Under the pieces are notes generated by a model. The model did no database searches and was not told the DNA's origin. It saw nothing but the letters and a program-made list of their open reading frames with translations. Source: Macrostomum lignano (Eukaryota). Taken from it: a stretch of 50,930 bases of DNA. Position numbers and translations under genes: made by a program. The DNA is taken from the NCBI GenBank assembly GCA_002269645.1, contig NIVC01002512.1, positions 1-50,930 of the forward strand, read 5' to 3'. Below are positions 1 to 12,660 of the stretch, piece by piece (within the stretch, counting starts at the first letter, position 1; each line of letters starts with the position of its first letter).

Positions 1-2080
1 TAAAAACACCAAATCCCTCAAACAACAGAGTAACAATTGATGAAAAATTATCATACACTTTCAAAATCTTGTAACTGAACAAGACAGCAGCATTAGACTT
101 TCATACAATCTTCACCTTGACAACCCTATTCTGGCTGATTTAGAGGCTTTCAATGCCCCATTCACCAAAGAAGAAGTTATAAAACATATTAAAAAGCTCA
201 AAACCGACAAAGCACCTGGGCACGATAAAGTATATGTAGAAACACTCAAATACCTCGAGAACGAACTTGCTGACCTCCTATGCTCACTTTTCAACAAAGC
301 ACTCAAACAAGGAACCTTCCCAACTAGTTGGATAACAAATACACTTCATCCGATTTATAAAAACAAAGGCAGCAGTGCCGACCCCAACAATTACAGAGGA
401 AGCTGCATTAAACCAATTCTTGGTTTATTAAATCCAGACTCGAAAACCTAGCATACGCAAACAATCTTACTGGTATATCAAAATACCAATACGGTTGCAA
501 GCCCAATCACAGCACAATCGACCAATGTTTTAATCTTTACAACATTATAAACCAATCCATCTACAACAAAGAAGAACTCTTTATTGGATTTGTTGACTAT
601 GAAAAAGCCTTCGATAGCTTAAATCAACCGACCCTTTGGCACAAAACGGATAACCAGGGTATTAAAGGTCAAATGACGGAACTTATCAAGAACATGCATA
701 AAAATGCCTGCTTCATTCTAAAAAAAGATGATGATGATGATGATGAAACCCAGCCAATCCCTATCTAAAGGTGTTCTTCAAGGCAACCCTCTCTCTACCA
801 TCCTTTTTGAACTATATATTGACGACATTGTTGAATATCTTGAACTCTCTAGCGCTAGGCGCTCTCTTTCGAGATCTGCTTTCCCACTCATCCTACTCTT
901 TGCAGACGATCAAGCCATTCTAGCTAAAAACAAAGACGAACTTCAAGACACATTTACGACTATGGAAAATTACTGCAAACAAAATTACTTGAAAGTAAAC
1001 GCAAGCAAAACAAAGTTCATGCAGGGCAATACCAGACAAAAAAACGACACAGAAAGCATTGCTACAAAAATATACTACGACAACCAAGAAATAGAGGAAG
1101 TAAATGAATTTAAATACCTGGGAATTATTTTTGAACCAAAAAACAGCTTTAAAAAATGTATTGAACACCAAACTAAGCAGGGATATACAGCCATGTTTTC
1201 CCTACTCCATAGGGTAAAGAATACGTCCCTAGACATCACACTCATTCGCAGACTATTCGACGCGCTTGTTACCCCCGTTATCACTTACGGTTGTGAGCTC
1301 TGGGGCCCTCTGGCTACCATGTCTGATACAAAAGCTATTGATAATATTCAGCTGAAATTCTACAAATATCTCCTCAATCTACCAAAATTTGCTAGCAACA
1401 GTGTGATATCATCAGAACTTGAGCTTACTTCAATCTCTCAACGAATCGCTAAAACCTACCTCATCTACTGGCTGAAGATTAGACACAAAAAACTCTGCCA
1501 AACGACTCTAGAAATTTTCTACTCAAACACCGGCCAAAAAAATCCATGGAAAATGAATGTACTAAAGAAACTAGAAAGTATAGACCTAAAAGCACTAACT
1601 GAAGATAAACTTTCCCAAAGCTTTAATAACGAGAAATACCTAGTGAAAAAGCACCTCAAGATACACAGAGAAAGAGAACTTAGCCAAAAGCTAGAGAATT
1701 GCAGCAACATATTAAACTCTACAAAAACGCCTATCTCTACAAAAAAATCTGCAGGCCCGACCTTTCAGATTACTTTCCATGCACATTTAGAAACAAAAAA
1801 TTCTTAACAACCCTCCTAAAACTGAAATGCGAGAGTACACCCAACTTTTTTTCTCAAGAACCCATGTAAAATGTGTGGAGCGCGAAATGGTTCTGACATT
1901 CTACACTACTTGACCGAATGTCCACAAACTGAAGAGATCAGGAAAAAATACTTCTGTCAATATCTCTTAAATGGCAATCAAATACACAAGATAGGATATG
2001 CTACAAATGAAAAAAGAGTCAGAAAAGAACTCACTGGTGTAGCTAAAATATATGAAGTTATGAATAGCCAAAACAGTTAA
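1..2080 (+). mobile_element. Degenerate non-LTR retrotransposon (LINE) reverse transcriptase region, cut by the window start
   Basis: Broken reading frames give DKAPGHD, PNNYRG, FVDYEKAFDSL, KGVLQGNPLSTILF and LLFADDQ (RT motifs; ORF 728-1807). A C-terminal CKMC..HYLTEC knuckle lies at 1860-1930. Several frameshifts and stops. Confidence 0.9.
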
Positions 2081-3059
2081 ACAAACTGAATCAGATACAT
2101 TAGCAGTGTAACAAATCCGCTTTTCAGTTATTTATTCATTTACTGTCTTTTTTAATTTCCTATTTAAATCGTCGTTATTCGTTAAACGTAAAGTTCGTCG
2201 AAGTATGTTTATGTTCGTTTTTCCCGCTTTGAAATATCACGCGTTTTCAAAAATACTGCATCTTTTTACAAAAAAACTTTAGACGCTCTTTCAAATACCT
2301 TACTTTTACAAATATCGTAACTCGCATCGTAACTCGTGTAAAAATTTAACTTTTGAACAAATACTAAATACATCGGATTATACTGGCAAAACAGGCTCCT
2401 TAAGCCTGAGCCAAATTTACTACTACATATACATCATCATGTAGTGTGTAGGAAAAACTGGTTGTCTATTGACTGGGTATTCAATACATTTTTGAATTGC
2501 TCCATACTGCTAACCGCATAACTTGACTTGAAGAAGTAAGAGTAGTAAAATGCAGAATCTGCAGTCATCAATGCAGTGCAGTGTATATATTTAAATTAAA
2601 GTTACGCGCTTGGTATTGGTCAATCGTCATTTCATGACCAATGAAATAATGATCAATGTCAATGATGTGGTTTGTTCCTCATGGATTTAGTAGGCCCTTA
2701 TAGTAATTTTTTAATCCTGTTGGTTGTTTTTAAATTTACAAGTAGGCCTAATTATTTATAATATTGTAGGCCCCTAATAATTATTCTGTATTAAATAAAA
2801 TTGAAATTGTGAATAAAATTCTTTTTTTTCTTTTTTCAATACTCAATAGTTTAGGCCTAGAGTTGTTGACCATGACTAGGCCTATAGTAAAAAACTTAAT
2901 ATGCTAAATTATTAATGCTAGAGCTAGAAGAAATGCTGGCTATCCTATCCTTCAGTTTCGTTCGTTTAATTATTTTCAGTCTTAGGCCTATATTATTTTT
3001 TACCCCTTTTTCAGCATGGTGGGTCACCCATCTGCTTCGACAACAATTGTCACGACACG

Positions 3060-3477
3060 AAATAAGACTATCATTGCCGCATGGTGTCCTTCATCGGTGT
3101 CTTGAGGGCCCACTAGTACAGGAAGTCCACTAGTTGGGTTAGCTGCAAGTGGCTACACTCAAAGAATGAGCCTTTCCTGATAGACTCCTGAGTGCGGCAG
3201 TCCTTGCAGGCCCAGGCCTAGCCATCAACGTAACGATCACCTTGATGACATTGAAGCCGCATTTAGGGTGTCATAGAGCAGTTGTCGTTGTGGCACTGGC
3301 GCTCGTTAGGCAGCAGCCGGTACTTCGCCAGCCAGCGCATCACAGATTGGTGTCAGCAGTCAGGATAGGCCTAGCAAGGTCACGCATCTTCATGAATGGA
3401 AGATCGCATAGGTCAGTCGTTGGCCTGACCTCAGCCGGTGGTACAATCGTCGTTGGAGCAGATGGGTGACCCGCCAT
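3060..3477 (-). pseudogene. Merlin (IS1595/ISXO2-like) transposase N-terminal relic
   Basis: My minus-strand translation gives WLAKYRLLPNERQC...VDG*AWACKDCRTQESIRKGSFFECSHLQLTQLVDFLY*W. This resembles the Zn-ribbon plus SIRxGS/TxFE motif of Merlin transposases. In-frame stops; not in the ORF track. Confidence 0.65.
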
Positions 3478-5782
3478 GCTAAAAAAGGGGTAAAAAATAA
3501 TTAAACAAACAAAACTGAAGGATAGCCCTAATCGCTAATATGGAAGACAAAATTTTAGTAAAAGTTTTTTACTATTGAAAAGGCCTGTCTTTGCTCTTTT
3601 TAAATGCAATGCTTGTTCTATTCAATTCACTTTACATGCATAGAATAAAAAATGAATGCTCAAAATTAAGAAGAAGAAAAGTACTTTGGCAAAGATAAGA
3701 AACCTTTTAAAAATGTTTTTTTGATTGATTTGGGGTAATATTAATAACAAACTATATCTATATTAATATATATTTTTCATAAAAATTAGTTTTTGAAAAA
3801 CTGCAATTGGCCTATGCTAAGGGCTCCAGTGAGATTTTGAAACTTCTAAATTTCTAACTTAAGATGCCAGATATGAACTTAAAAGTCAAAATAGACCCCA
3901 AAGCATCAGGAGGCTGGAGCCTCTTCACGACAATCGATTCCAGAACCAGAATCAGTTTGGATTTCCAAGAAAAAAAGTAGTATAACTATTTAACTTTGTT
4001 GAATGTTTGATTGCCTTAACAGCCTCACTTTACACAATTTTTCACTTTCTTCTTGGCTTTTGCCATTCAATAATCACAATTTTAAAGCACTAATATCCCT
4101 TTAGTTTAGGAGACAAAAAGTTATACTTTACAAAATGGTTTTGGTTCTAGAACCAGAACAAGCAATATGAAGAGCCTCCAGGTCCAAATTTCTCTATGTC
4201 AATCTCTTCATTTGGAGCCAAATAGTTCCTGTTATGCCTAAAACCAAGGAATTCTAAATCTAGATTTAGAATTCTTTGCCTAAAACCAACCACTTTAGAA
4301 TTTGGGATATCTATAGGGAGAAATAGGGATTTCATGTGAACTTAACTTTAAGCTGCCAGATGGTCAGCAAAGCTGACCATGGACTAACAGCCTTTACTGC
4401 TAGTAATTTTTTGGAGTCTGGTAAAAGAAAGTTAAGTGCTGCCACAGATGATAAAACATTAGATATTTTACTCTGCATTGAGTTAAGCAATTTTTTGTTA
4501 TAGTCTATGGCTCAAAAAAGTGTCTATTCTTTGGGTGAGCATCAATGTGCATATGGCAAAAAAAATTGCTAGTTGCTCCCATGCTTGGGCGCAACCTAGG
4601 GATTTACCTGGCCGTTTCTATTGATAACACACACATGTAAGTTGCTATTGGACGGATTAATAGTCATGTGACTGCTCTTAGCCAATAGCAACTTATGTGT
4701 GTGTTGCCAATAGAAATGGCTGAGTGATTCCCAAGGTTGCGCATATATGGTTACTCCAAAAATGAATTTTGACATAAGGCACTGCTGTTTGAGGCATCCA
4801 TGTTCGTTCACACTACTAACCAAAGAGTAGTTGCAAAAATCTAAACAAGATCTGTGAGTGCTGCATAGTAGCCATTCCTGCCGAGCATGGTCAGCAATGC
4901 TGACCATTTACAAAAAATGGGTGAAATAAGTCCTACTTATCTGCAATGGAATGTAGCAACTCGGTTTCAGCATTCTCTATGATGACATCATCAGTCTCAG
5001 AATCTAATGTATGAAAAATGACCATGGTTGTAGCTGATTTACTTTTCAATAAAATGATGCACTACTCAAATGAAGTGCTTATTAAGTAGGTGCAGTGCTT
5101 TCTCTTTCAAAAAGGCCTGATTGCAGATTTTAAAGTGAACCGTAGTGTCTATAGCTAGACATCAAGTGTACACACTGCATAATCTATTTAGAGAGCATTA
5201 AGTAAACTGCACTTAAAACTGCTTTTTTCTACCCTAGATTTGTCTAAGCTGAGTCCAAAATGCTCCCTTCTCAGCTAGAAAGGCTTTGTACAGGGCGCAA
5301 TAAGATTCTAGCTATGGTCTATGATCAGTCAGCCCAGCTGACCATGTCGACAGGAATGGAGCTTTTGTATTTCTAGCTCCAGCGCGAAAATGTTAAGGTG
5401 CCAGAAAAGAGTCTAAAGCATCAGGTCCCAATTTCTCTATGCCAATCCCTTCATTTAGAGCCAAATAGCTCCCATTATGCCTAAAACCCATTTTATTTTC
5501 GCTCATTAAGTTGGTACTGTTCTCACTTCTTCATTTATTAAAGCTAAAAACAAAATCCTACACATAAAAGCCTCATTGAGGAATTACAAATGATTGACTA
5601 CTGCTGTAATTTAATATCGAATTGATTTTTCTACCTATTTTATTGGAAACGGGACTCGCATGTCTATCAATCGATCCAAGACCTCTCTTTGCCAGTCACT
5701 TTAATGTTATCCCAATTCATGCTTGTAAAAAGTCCCCTCTAGCGACTCGTAAATCCCGGACCCCAGGATCTCTCTTGCACAC

Positions 5783-6131
5783 ATGAGTTCAGTTCCCAGC
5801 ATGCCGCAGCCCTACGGTGCTGGCGCCATCTTCGCCTTGCCTGAGTCCGAGATCAAGCTCGAGACCGCAGATGACGACGCCGTCATCGACTCCGCCAATG
5901 CCGTGGACACCAATCCAGATCGACGTCGTCGGCGCGCCGGCTGCGACGGCGACAAGCCGACAACGGTGAGAAAGAAAAAATCCAAGATGACGCCGGCTGA
6001 ATCCGCGGCTGCGGCGGCGCACAGCGGGGAAGCCCAGATATGCTCCGTCTGTGGCGACTTCGCCTCCGGCTTTCACTACTCGGCGCTCACGTGCGAGGCC
6101 TGCAAGAGCTTCTTCAAGCGGACTGTGCAAG
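5783..6131 (+). CDS. Nuclear hormone receptor (ERR/NR3-like), coding exon 1: N-terminus and first zinc finger
   Basis: [30 protein letters not shown], then donor G|gtttga at 6131/6132. The start ATG is uncertain; upstream exons are possible. Confidence 0.9.
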
Positions 6132-6137
6132 GTTTGA

Positions 6138-7675
6138 CTGTCTGATCCCTGCTGTCTCCTCTGTCTGATCCTTGCTGTCTCCGCTGTCTGGTCCCTGCTG
6201 TCTCTGTCTGGTCCCTGCTGTCTCTGTCTGGTCCCTGTTGTCTCCTATGTCTGGTCCCTGTTGTCTCTGGTCCCTGCTGTCTCTGTCTGGTCCCTGCTGT
6301 CTCTGTCTGGTCCCTGTTGTCTCCTATGTCTGGTCCCTGTTGTCTCTGGTCCCTGCTGTCTCTGTCTGGTCCCTGCTGTCTCTGTCTGGTCCCTGTTGTC
6401 TCCTCTGTCTGGTTCCTGCTGTCTCCTCTGTCTGATCCTTGCTGTCTCCGCTGTCTGGTCCCTGCTGTCTCTGTCTGGTCCCTGCTGTCTCTGTCTGGTC
6501 CCTGCTGTCTCTGTCTGGTCCCTGTTGTCTCATATGTCTGGTCCCTGTTGTCTCTGGTCCCTGCTGTCTCTGTCTGGTCCCTGTTGTCTCCTCTGTCTGG
6601 TCCCTGCTGTCTCTGTCTGGTCCCTGTTGTCTCCTCTGTCTGGTCCCTGTACACCTCTGTCTGATCCCTGCTGTCTCCTCTGTCTGGTCCCTGCTGTCTC
6701 CTCTGTCTGATCCCTGCTGTCTCCTCTGTCTAATCCCTGCTGTCTCCTCTGTCTGATCCCTGCTGTCTCCTCTGTCTGGTCCCTGTTGTCTCCTCTGTCT
6801 GATCCCTGCTGTCTCCTCTGTCTGATCCCTGCTGTCTCCTCTGTCTGGTCTCTGCTGTCTCTGTCTGGTCCCTGCTGTCTCTGTCTGGTCCCTGTTGTCT
6901 CCTCTGTCTGGTCCCTGCTGTCTCTGTCTGGTCCCTGTTGTCTCTGTCTGGTCCTGCTGTCTCCTCTGTCTGGTCCCTGCTGTCTCTGTCTGATCCCTGT
7001 TGTCTCCTCTATCTGATCCCTGTTGTCTCCTCTGTCTGGTCCCTGCTGTCTCTGTCTGGTCCCTGTTGTCTCTGTCTGGTCCCTGCTGTCTCCTCTGTCT
7101 GGTCCCTGCTGTCTCTGTCTGGTCCCTGTTGTCTCTGTCTGGTCCCTGCTGTCTCCTCTGTCTGGTCCCTGCTGTCTCTGTCTGATCCCTGTTGTCTCCT
7201 CTATCTGATCCCTGCTGTCTCTTCTGTCTGATCCCTCCTGTCTCCTGTTTGATCCCTGCTGTCTCCTCTGTCTGATCCCTGCTGTCTCCTCTGTCTGATC
7301 CCTGCTGTCTCCTCTGTCTGATCCCTGCTGTCTCTTCTGTCTGATCCCTGCTGTCTCCTCTGTCTGATCCCTGTTGTCTCCTCTATCTGATCCCTGCTGT
7401 CTCTTCTGTCTGATCCCTCCTGTCTCCTGTTTGATCCCTGCTGTCTCCTCTGTCTGATCCCTGCTGTCTCCTCTGTCTGGTCCCTGCTGTCTCCTCTGTC
7501 TGATCCCTGCTGTCTCCTGTTTGATCCCTGCTGTCTCCTCTGTCTGGTCCCTGCTGTCTCCTGTTTGATCCCTGCTGTCTCCTCTGTCTGATCCCTGCTG
7601 TCTCCTCTGTCTGGTCCCTGCTGTCTCCTCTGTCTGGTCCCTGCTGTCTCGTTTGTCTCATCCCTGCTGTCTCCT
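6138..7675. repeat. Intronic minisatellite (TCTGTCTGGTCCCTGCTGTCTCC-type, ~20-23-bp units)
   Basis: Tandem array filling intron 1 of the nuclear receptor; source of many spurious ORFs. Confidence 0.95.
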
Positions 7676-7824
7676 CTCTCTTTTCTCTAGTCTAAGGTCT
7701 TCTGCATGGTAATTGAAGTCTTTTCTTTGTCCCAACAGTTGCAATCTCATTCCTGACCCCCGTCTACAGTCTACAATGCTTTTTCTGGGATTTTCTTCTT
7801 AATAGCCACAAATCCCCTTTGCAG

Positions 7825-7941
7825 ACAAGCACGAGTACACCTGCTCTGGGAACTTTGACTGCGCCGTCAGCAAGTCGATGCGCAAGTCCTGCCAGTACTG
7901 CCGCTTTCAAAAGTGCCTGCGTAACGGCATGCTGCCGCAGG
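7825..7941 (+). CDS. Nuclear receptor exon 2: second zinc finger
   Basis: Acceptor tttgcag|AC; reads (D)KHEYTCSGNFDCAVSKSMRKSCQYCRFQKCLRNGMLPQ; donor G|gtgag. Phases match exons 1 and 3. Confidence 0.92.
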
Positions 7942-7961
7942 GTGAGCCGGCTGGGACTCCC

Positions 7962-8064
7962 GGGATCTGGGATCAGTGTAGCATTGGGATCTGGGATCAG
8001 TGTAGCATTGGGATCTGGGATCAGTGTAGCATTGGGATCTGGGATCAGTGTAGCATTGGGATCT
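7962..8064. repeat. 24-bp tandem repeat x4 (GGGATCTGGGATCAGTGTAGCATT) in intron 2
   Basis: Four exact copies plus a partial copy. Confidence 0.95.
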
Positions 8065-8081
8065 GTTATTCTCTCTTCCAG

Positions 8082-8424
8082 ACGTCCGCATGGATCGCAC
8101 CCGGGGCGGTCGCAAAAAGTGCAAGCGAACTTCTCGCGAGCAGTTCGACCAGCTTGTGGAGCGAATTGCCGTGGCCGGCGGGCCCGCAGTCGTGGCCGAA
8201 GAGTCCTCGCCACCCCTTCGGCGCCAGCCTCAGCAGGCCCAGCTGTCCCCGGCTGTCTCGGTGCCGACTCCTTCGCCGCGAGGGGCCTCCTCGGGCACCG
8301 AGAAGCCATCGGGCGATCCGTTGGAGAGCTTCATTCGAGAGGCCCTGGCCAGCGACTGGATTAGCAGGCCGCTGCAAATCCACCCCACTCCATTGTCGCA
8401 CGCTGACATGCATTCTGCGCTGAA
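8082..8424 (+). CDS. Nuclear receptor exon 3: C-terminal extension of the DBD and hinge
   Basis: Acceptor cttccag|AC; reads (D)VRMDRTRGGRKKCKR, compare ERR VRLDRVRGGRQKYKR; donor AA|gtgag at 8424/8425. Confidence 0.88.
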
Positions 8425-8468
8425 GTGAGCTTAATATTGCTTTTAATCCGCCGGTTCTTGACTGAAAT

Positions 8469-11108
8469 CTTCCCAGATCCCAGTTCTGAATCTACTGATC
8501 CCCAACCGGACACTTCCCAGATCCCAGCCAGTTCTGAATCTACTAATCCCCAACCGGACACTTCCCAGATCCCAGCCAGTTCTGAATCTACTGATCCCCA
8601 ACCGGACACTTCCCAGATCCCAGTTCTGAATCTACTGATCCCCAACCGGACACTTCCCAGATCCCAGCCAGTTCTAAATCTACTGATCCCCAACTGGACA
8701 CTTCCCAGATCCCAGTTCTGAATCTACTGATCCCCAACCGGACACTTCCCAGATCCAGTTCTGAATCTACTGATCCCCAACCGGATACTTCCCAAATCCA
8801 GTTCTGAATCTACTGATCCCCAACCGGACACTTCCCAGATCCCAGTTCTGAATCTACTGATCCCCAACCGGACACTTGCCAGATCCCAGCCAGTTCTGAA
8901 TCTACTGATCCCCAACCGGACACTTCCCAGATCCCAGTTCTGAATCTACTGATCCCCAACTGGACACTTCCCAGATCCCAGTTCTGAATCTACTGATCCC
9001 CAACCGGACACTTCCCAGATCCAGTTCTGAATCTACTGATCCCCAACCGGATACTTCCCAAATCCAGTTCTGAATCTACTGATCCCCAACCGGACACTTC
9101 CCAGATCCCAGTTCTGAATCTACTGATCCCCAACCGGACACTTGCCAGATCCCAGCCAGTTCTGAATCTACTGATCCCCAACCGGACACTTCCCAGATCC
9201 CAGTTCTGAATCTACTGATCCCCAACCGGACACTTCCCAGATCCCAGCCAGTTCTAAATCTACTGATCCCCAACCGGACACTTCCCAAATCCAGTTCTGA
9301 ATCTACTGATCCCCAACCGGACACTTCCCAGATCCAGTTCTGAATCTACTGATCCCCAACCGGACACTTCCCAGATCCCAGCCAGTTCTAAATCTACTGA
9401 TCCCCAACCGGACACTTCCCAGATCCCAGTTCTGAATCTACTGATCCCCAACCGGACACTTCCCAGATCCCAGTTCTGAATCTACTGATCCCCAACCGGA
9501 CACTTCCCAGATCCCAGTTCTGAATCTACTGATCCCCAACCGGACACTTCCCAGATCCCAGCCAGATCTAAATCTACTGATCCCCAACCGGACACTTCCC
9601 AGATCCAGTTCTGAATCTACTGATCCCCAACCGGATACTTCCCAGATCCAGTTCTGAATCTACTGATCCCCAACCGAACACTTCCCAGATCCCAGTTCTG
9701 AATCTACTGATCCCCAACCGGACACTTCCCAGATCCCAGTTCTGAATCTACTGATCCCCAACCGGACACTTCCCAGATCCAGTTCTAAATCTACTGATCC
9801 CCAACCGGACACTTCCCAAATCCAGTTCTGAATCTACTGATCCCCAACCGGACACTTCCCAGATCCCAGTTCTGAATCTACTGATCCCCAACCGGACACT
9901 TGCCAGATCCCAGCCAGTTCTGAATCTACTGATCCCCAACCGGACACTTCCCAGATCTTAGTTCTGAATCTACTGATCCCCAACCGGACACTTTCCAGAT
10001 CCCAGCCAATTCCGAATCTACTGATCCGTAACCGGACACTTCCCAGATCCCAGCCAGATCTGAATCTACTGATCCCAAACCGGACACTTGCCAGATCCTA
10101 GCCAGTTCCGAATCTAGTGATCTCCAACCCCAAACGGACACTTCCCAAATCCAGTTCTGAATCTACTGATCCCCAACCGGACACTTCCCAGATCCAGTTC
10201 TGAATCTACTGATCCCCAACCGGATACTTCCCAAATCCAGTTCTGAATCTACTGATCCCCAACCGGACACTTCCCAGATCCAGTTCTGAATCTACTGATC
10301 CCCAACCGGATACTTCCCAAATCCAGTTCTGAATCTACTGATCCCCAACCGGACACTTCCCAGATCCCAGTTCTGAATCTACTGATCCCCAACCGGACAC
10401 TTCCCAAATCCAGTTCTGAATCTACTGATCCCCAACCGGACACTTCCCAGATCCCAGTTCTGAATCTACTGATCCCCAACCGGACACTTTCCAGATCCCA
10501 GCCAATTCCGAATCTACTGATCCGTAACCGGACACTTCCCAGATCCCAGCCAGATCTGAATCTACTGATCCCAAACCGGACACTTGCCAGATCCTAGCCA
10601 GTTCCGAATCTAGTGATCTCCAACCCCAAACGGACACTTCCCAAATCCAGTTCTGAATCTACTGATCCCCAACCGGACACTTTCCAGATCCCACCCAGTT
10701 CTGAATCTACTGATCCCCAACCGGACACTTTCCAGATCCCACCCAGTTCTGAATCTACTGATTCCCAACCGGACACTTGCCATATCCCAGCCAGTTCCGA
10801 ATCTAGTGAACTCCAACCCCAACCGGACACTTCCAGATCCAGTTCTGAATCTACTGATCACCAACCGGACACTTCCCAGATCCCAGCAAATTCCGAATCT
10901 AGTGATCCCCAACCGGACATTTCCCAAATCCAGTTCTGAATCTACTGATCCCCAACCGGACACTTCCCAGATCCCAGCCAGATCTGAATCTACTGATCCC
11001 CAACTGGACACTTCCCAGATCCCAGCCAGATCTGAATCTACTGATCCCCAACCGGACACTTCCCAGATCCCAGCCAGATCTGAATCTACTGATCCCCATC
11101 CGGACACT
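8469..11108. repeat. Intronic minisatellite, ~42-48-bp unit (TTCCCAGATCCCAGTTCTGAATCTACTGATCCCCAACCGGACAC) with higher-order duplications
   Basis: Fills intron 3. Identical ORF-track translations at offsets 266 bp (8724/8990) and 496 bp (9926/10422) show higher-order repeats. Confidence 0.95.
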
Positions 11109-11159
11109 ACTATGGCAGGTCTGAGTTATCCCAATCCGATACTACAAATCCCATTTAAG

Positions 11160-12093
11160 TCGCGTAGTCATGGAGACGAGCGCAGGTGAAATTCTACAGG
11201 TGCATGCGCGCCCCCATCCGTACCTACCAATCTGCAGTCAGTGGTTCGAGCGCGGCCTGGAGTCGGTGGTGGCCTGGAGCAACTCGCTGCGCTGCCTTGA
11301 CGTGCTGCTGCTGCAGGACCGCATCGCACTACTCACCAAGAACTGGTTCGCCGTGCTGCTCATGGACACCCTCTCCAGGTCGCTGCCATTCGACGGCGGA
11401 ATTCACTTCGCCACCAACCTGAGCCTCCGCCCTGCCGACGCTGCCCTCGCCCAGCTGCCTGCCGACTTCTTCAGCACCATCCACGGCATGTTCGAGTCGC
11501 TTGACCAGCTGCAGTTGGAGCGCAGTGAGCTGTCCATGCTGAAGCTCATGACCCTGCTGGATCACAGCATCGTGGACGATATGGAGGTCATCTGCCGGTC
11601 GGAGCCGCTGCGCAGCTCAACACTGCGCTCGCTCTATCGGGTCTGCTCGGCCAAGATTCGCGAGCCGGACGACTCGGACGCGTGCGACCTGTACGTCAGC
11701 AAACTGCTGCTCCGGCAGGGCTTCTGCGTTAACCTCAAGATGGGCCTGGAGTCCTGGCGATCGCTGGAGCCGCCTACGCCTAACCGCTGCTCCGAGCTGA
11801 TCGCGGCCGGGCTCGGCATCGACTGCCCGCCACCGGTGCCGCCAGTGCCGCAGCTCAGTCCCGAGGACGACGCCACCAGCACAGACTCGTGTCCCGACCA
11901 GTTCCGCAGCCGGGTCTATTATAAAGCTATGCGGCTGGGGGCCGGCCCGCCCACGCCTGGCCAGGGGCCCACGGCCTGGTTTGTACAGCAGCCGTCTCAG
12001 CAGCAGCAGCAGCAGCAGCAGCCATTTCAGGAGGACTTTGACCAGCACCAGCTCATGGAGCAGTATCCAGCGGATGACGCCAGCTTTGACTGA
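11160..12093 (+). CDS. Nuclear receptor exon 4: ligand-binding domain and Q-rich tail
   Basis: ICSQWFERGLESVVAWSNSL..LQDRIALLTKNWFAVLLMDTLSRSLPFDGGIHFATNL resembles ERR LBD helices 3-6. The only phase-compatible acceptor I found is catttaag|T at 11159/11160, so this boundary is inferred. Confidence 0.85.
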
Positions 12094-12137
12094 CGCTTGG
12101 CGGGGACATTGTTGTTGCCGGACTTCAGGCAGCCAGG

Positions 12138-12660
12138 CAGGTACATGTACACGTAGACAGACAGACAGACTGGTACATGTACACGTAGACAGACAGACTG
12201 GTACATGTACACGTAGACAGACAGACTGGTACATGTACACGTAGACAGACAGGCAGACAGACTGGTACATGTACACGTAGACAGGCAGACAGACTGGTAC
12301 ATGTACACGTAGACAGGCAGACAGACTGGTACATGTACACGTAGACAGACAGACTGGTACATGTACACGTAGACAGGCAGACAGACTGGTACATGTACAC
12401 GTAGACAGACAGTCTGGTACATGTACACGTAGACAGACTGGTACATGTACACTTAGACAGACAGACAGACTGGTACATGTACACGTAGACAGACAGACAG
12501 TCAGACTGGTACATGTACACGTAGACAGACAGACAGACTGGTACATGTACACGTAGACAGACAGACAGACTGGTACATGTACACGTAGACAGGCAGACAG
12601 ACTGGTACATGTACACGTAGACAGACAGACAGACTGGTACATGTACACGTAGACAGACAT
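12138..12660. repeat. Minisatellite GGTACATGTACACGTAGACAG(ACAG)n
   Basis: Tandem array of ~28-36-bp units just after the receptor stop codon. Confidence 0.95.
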
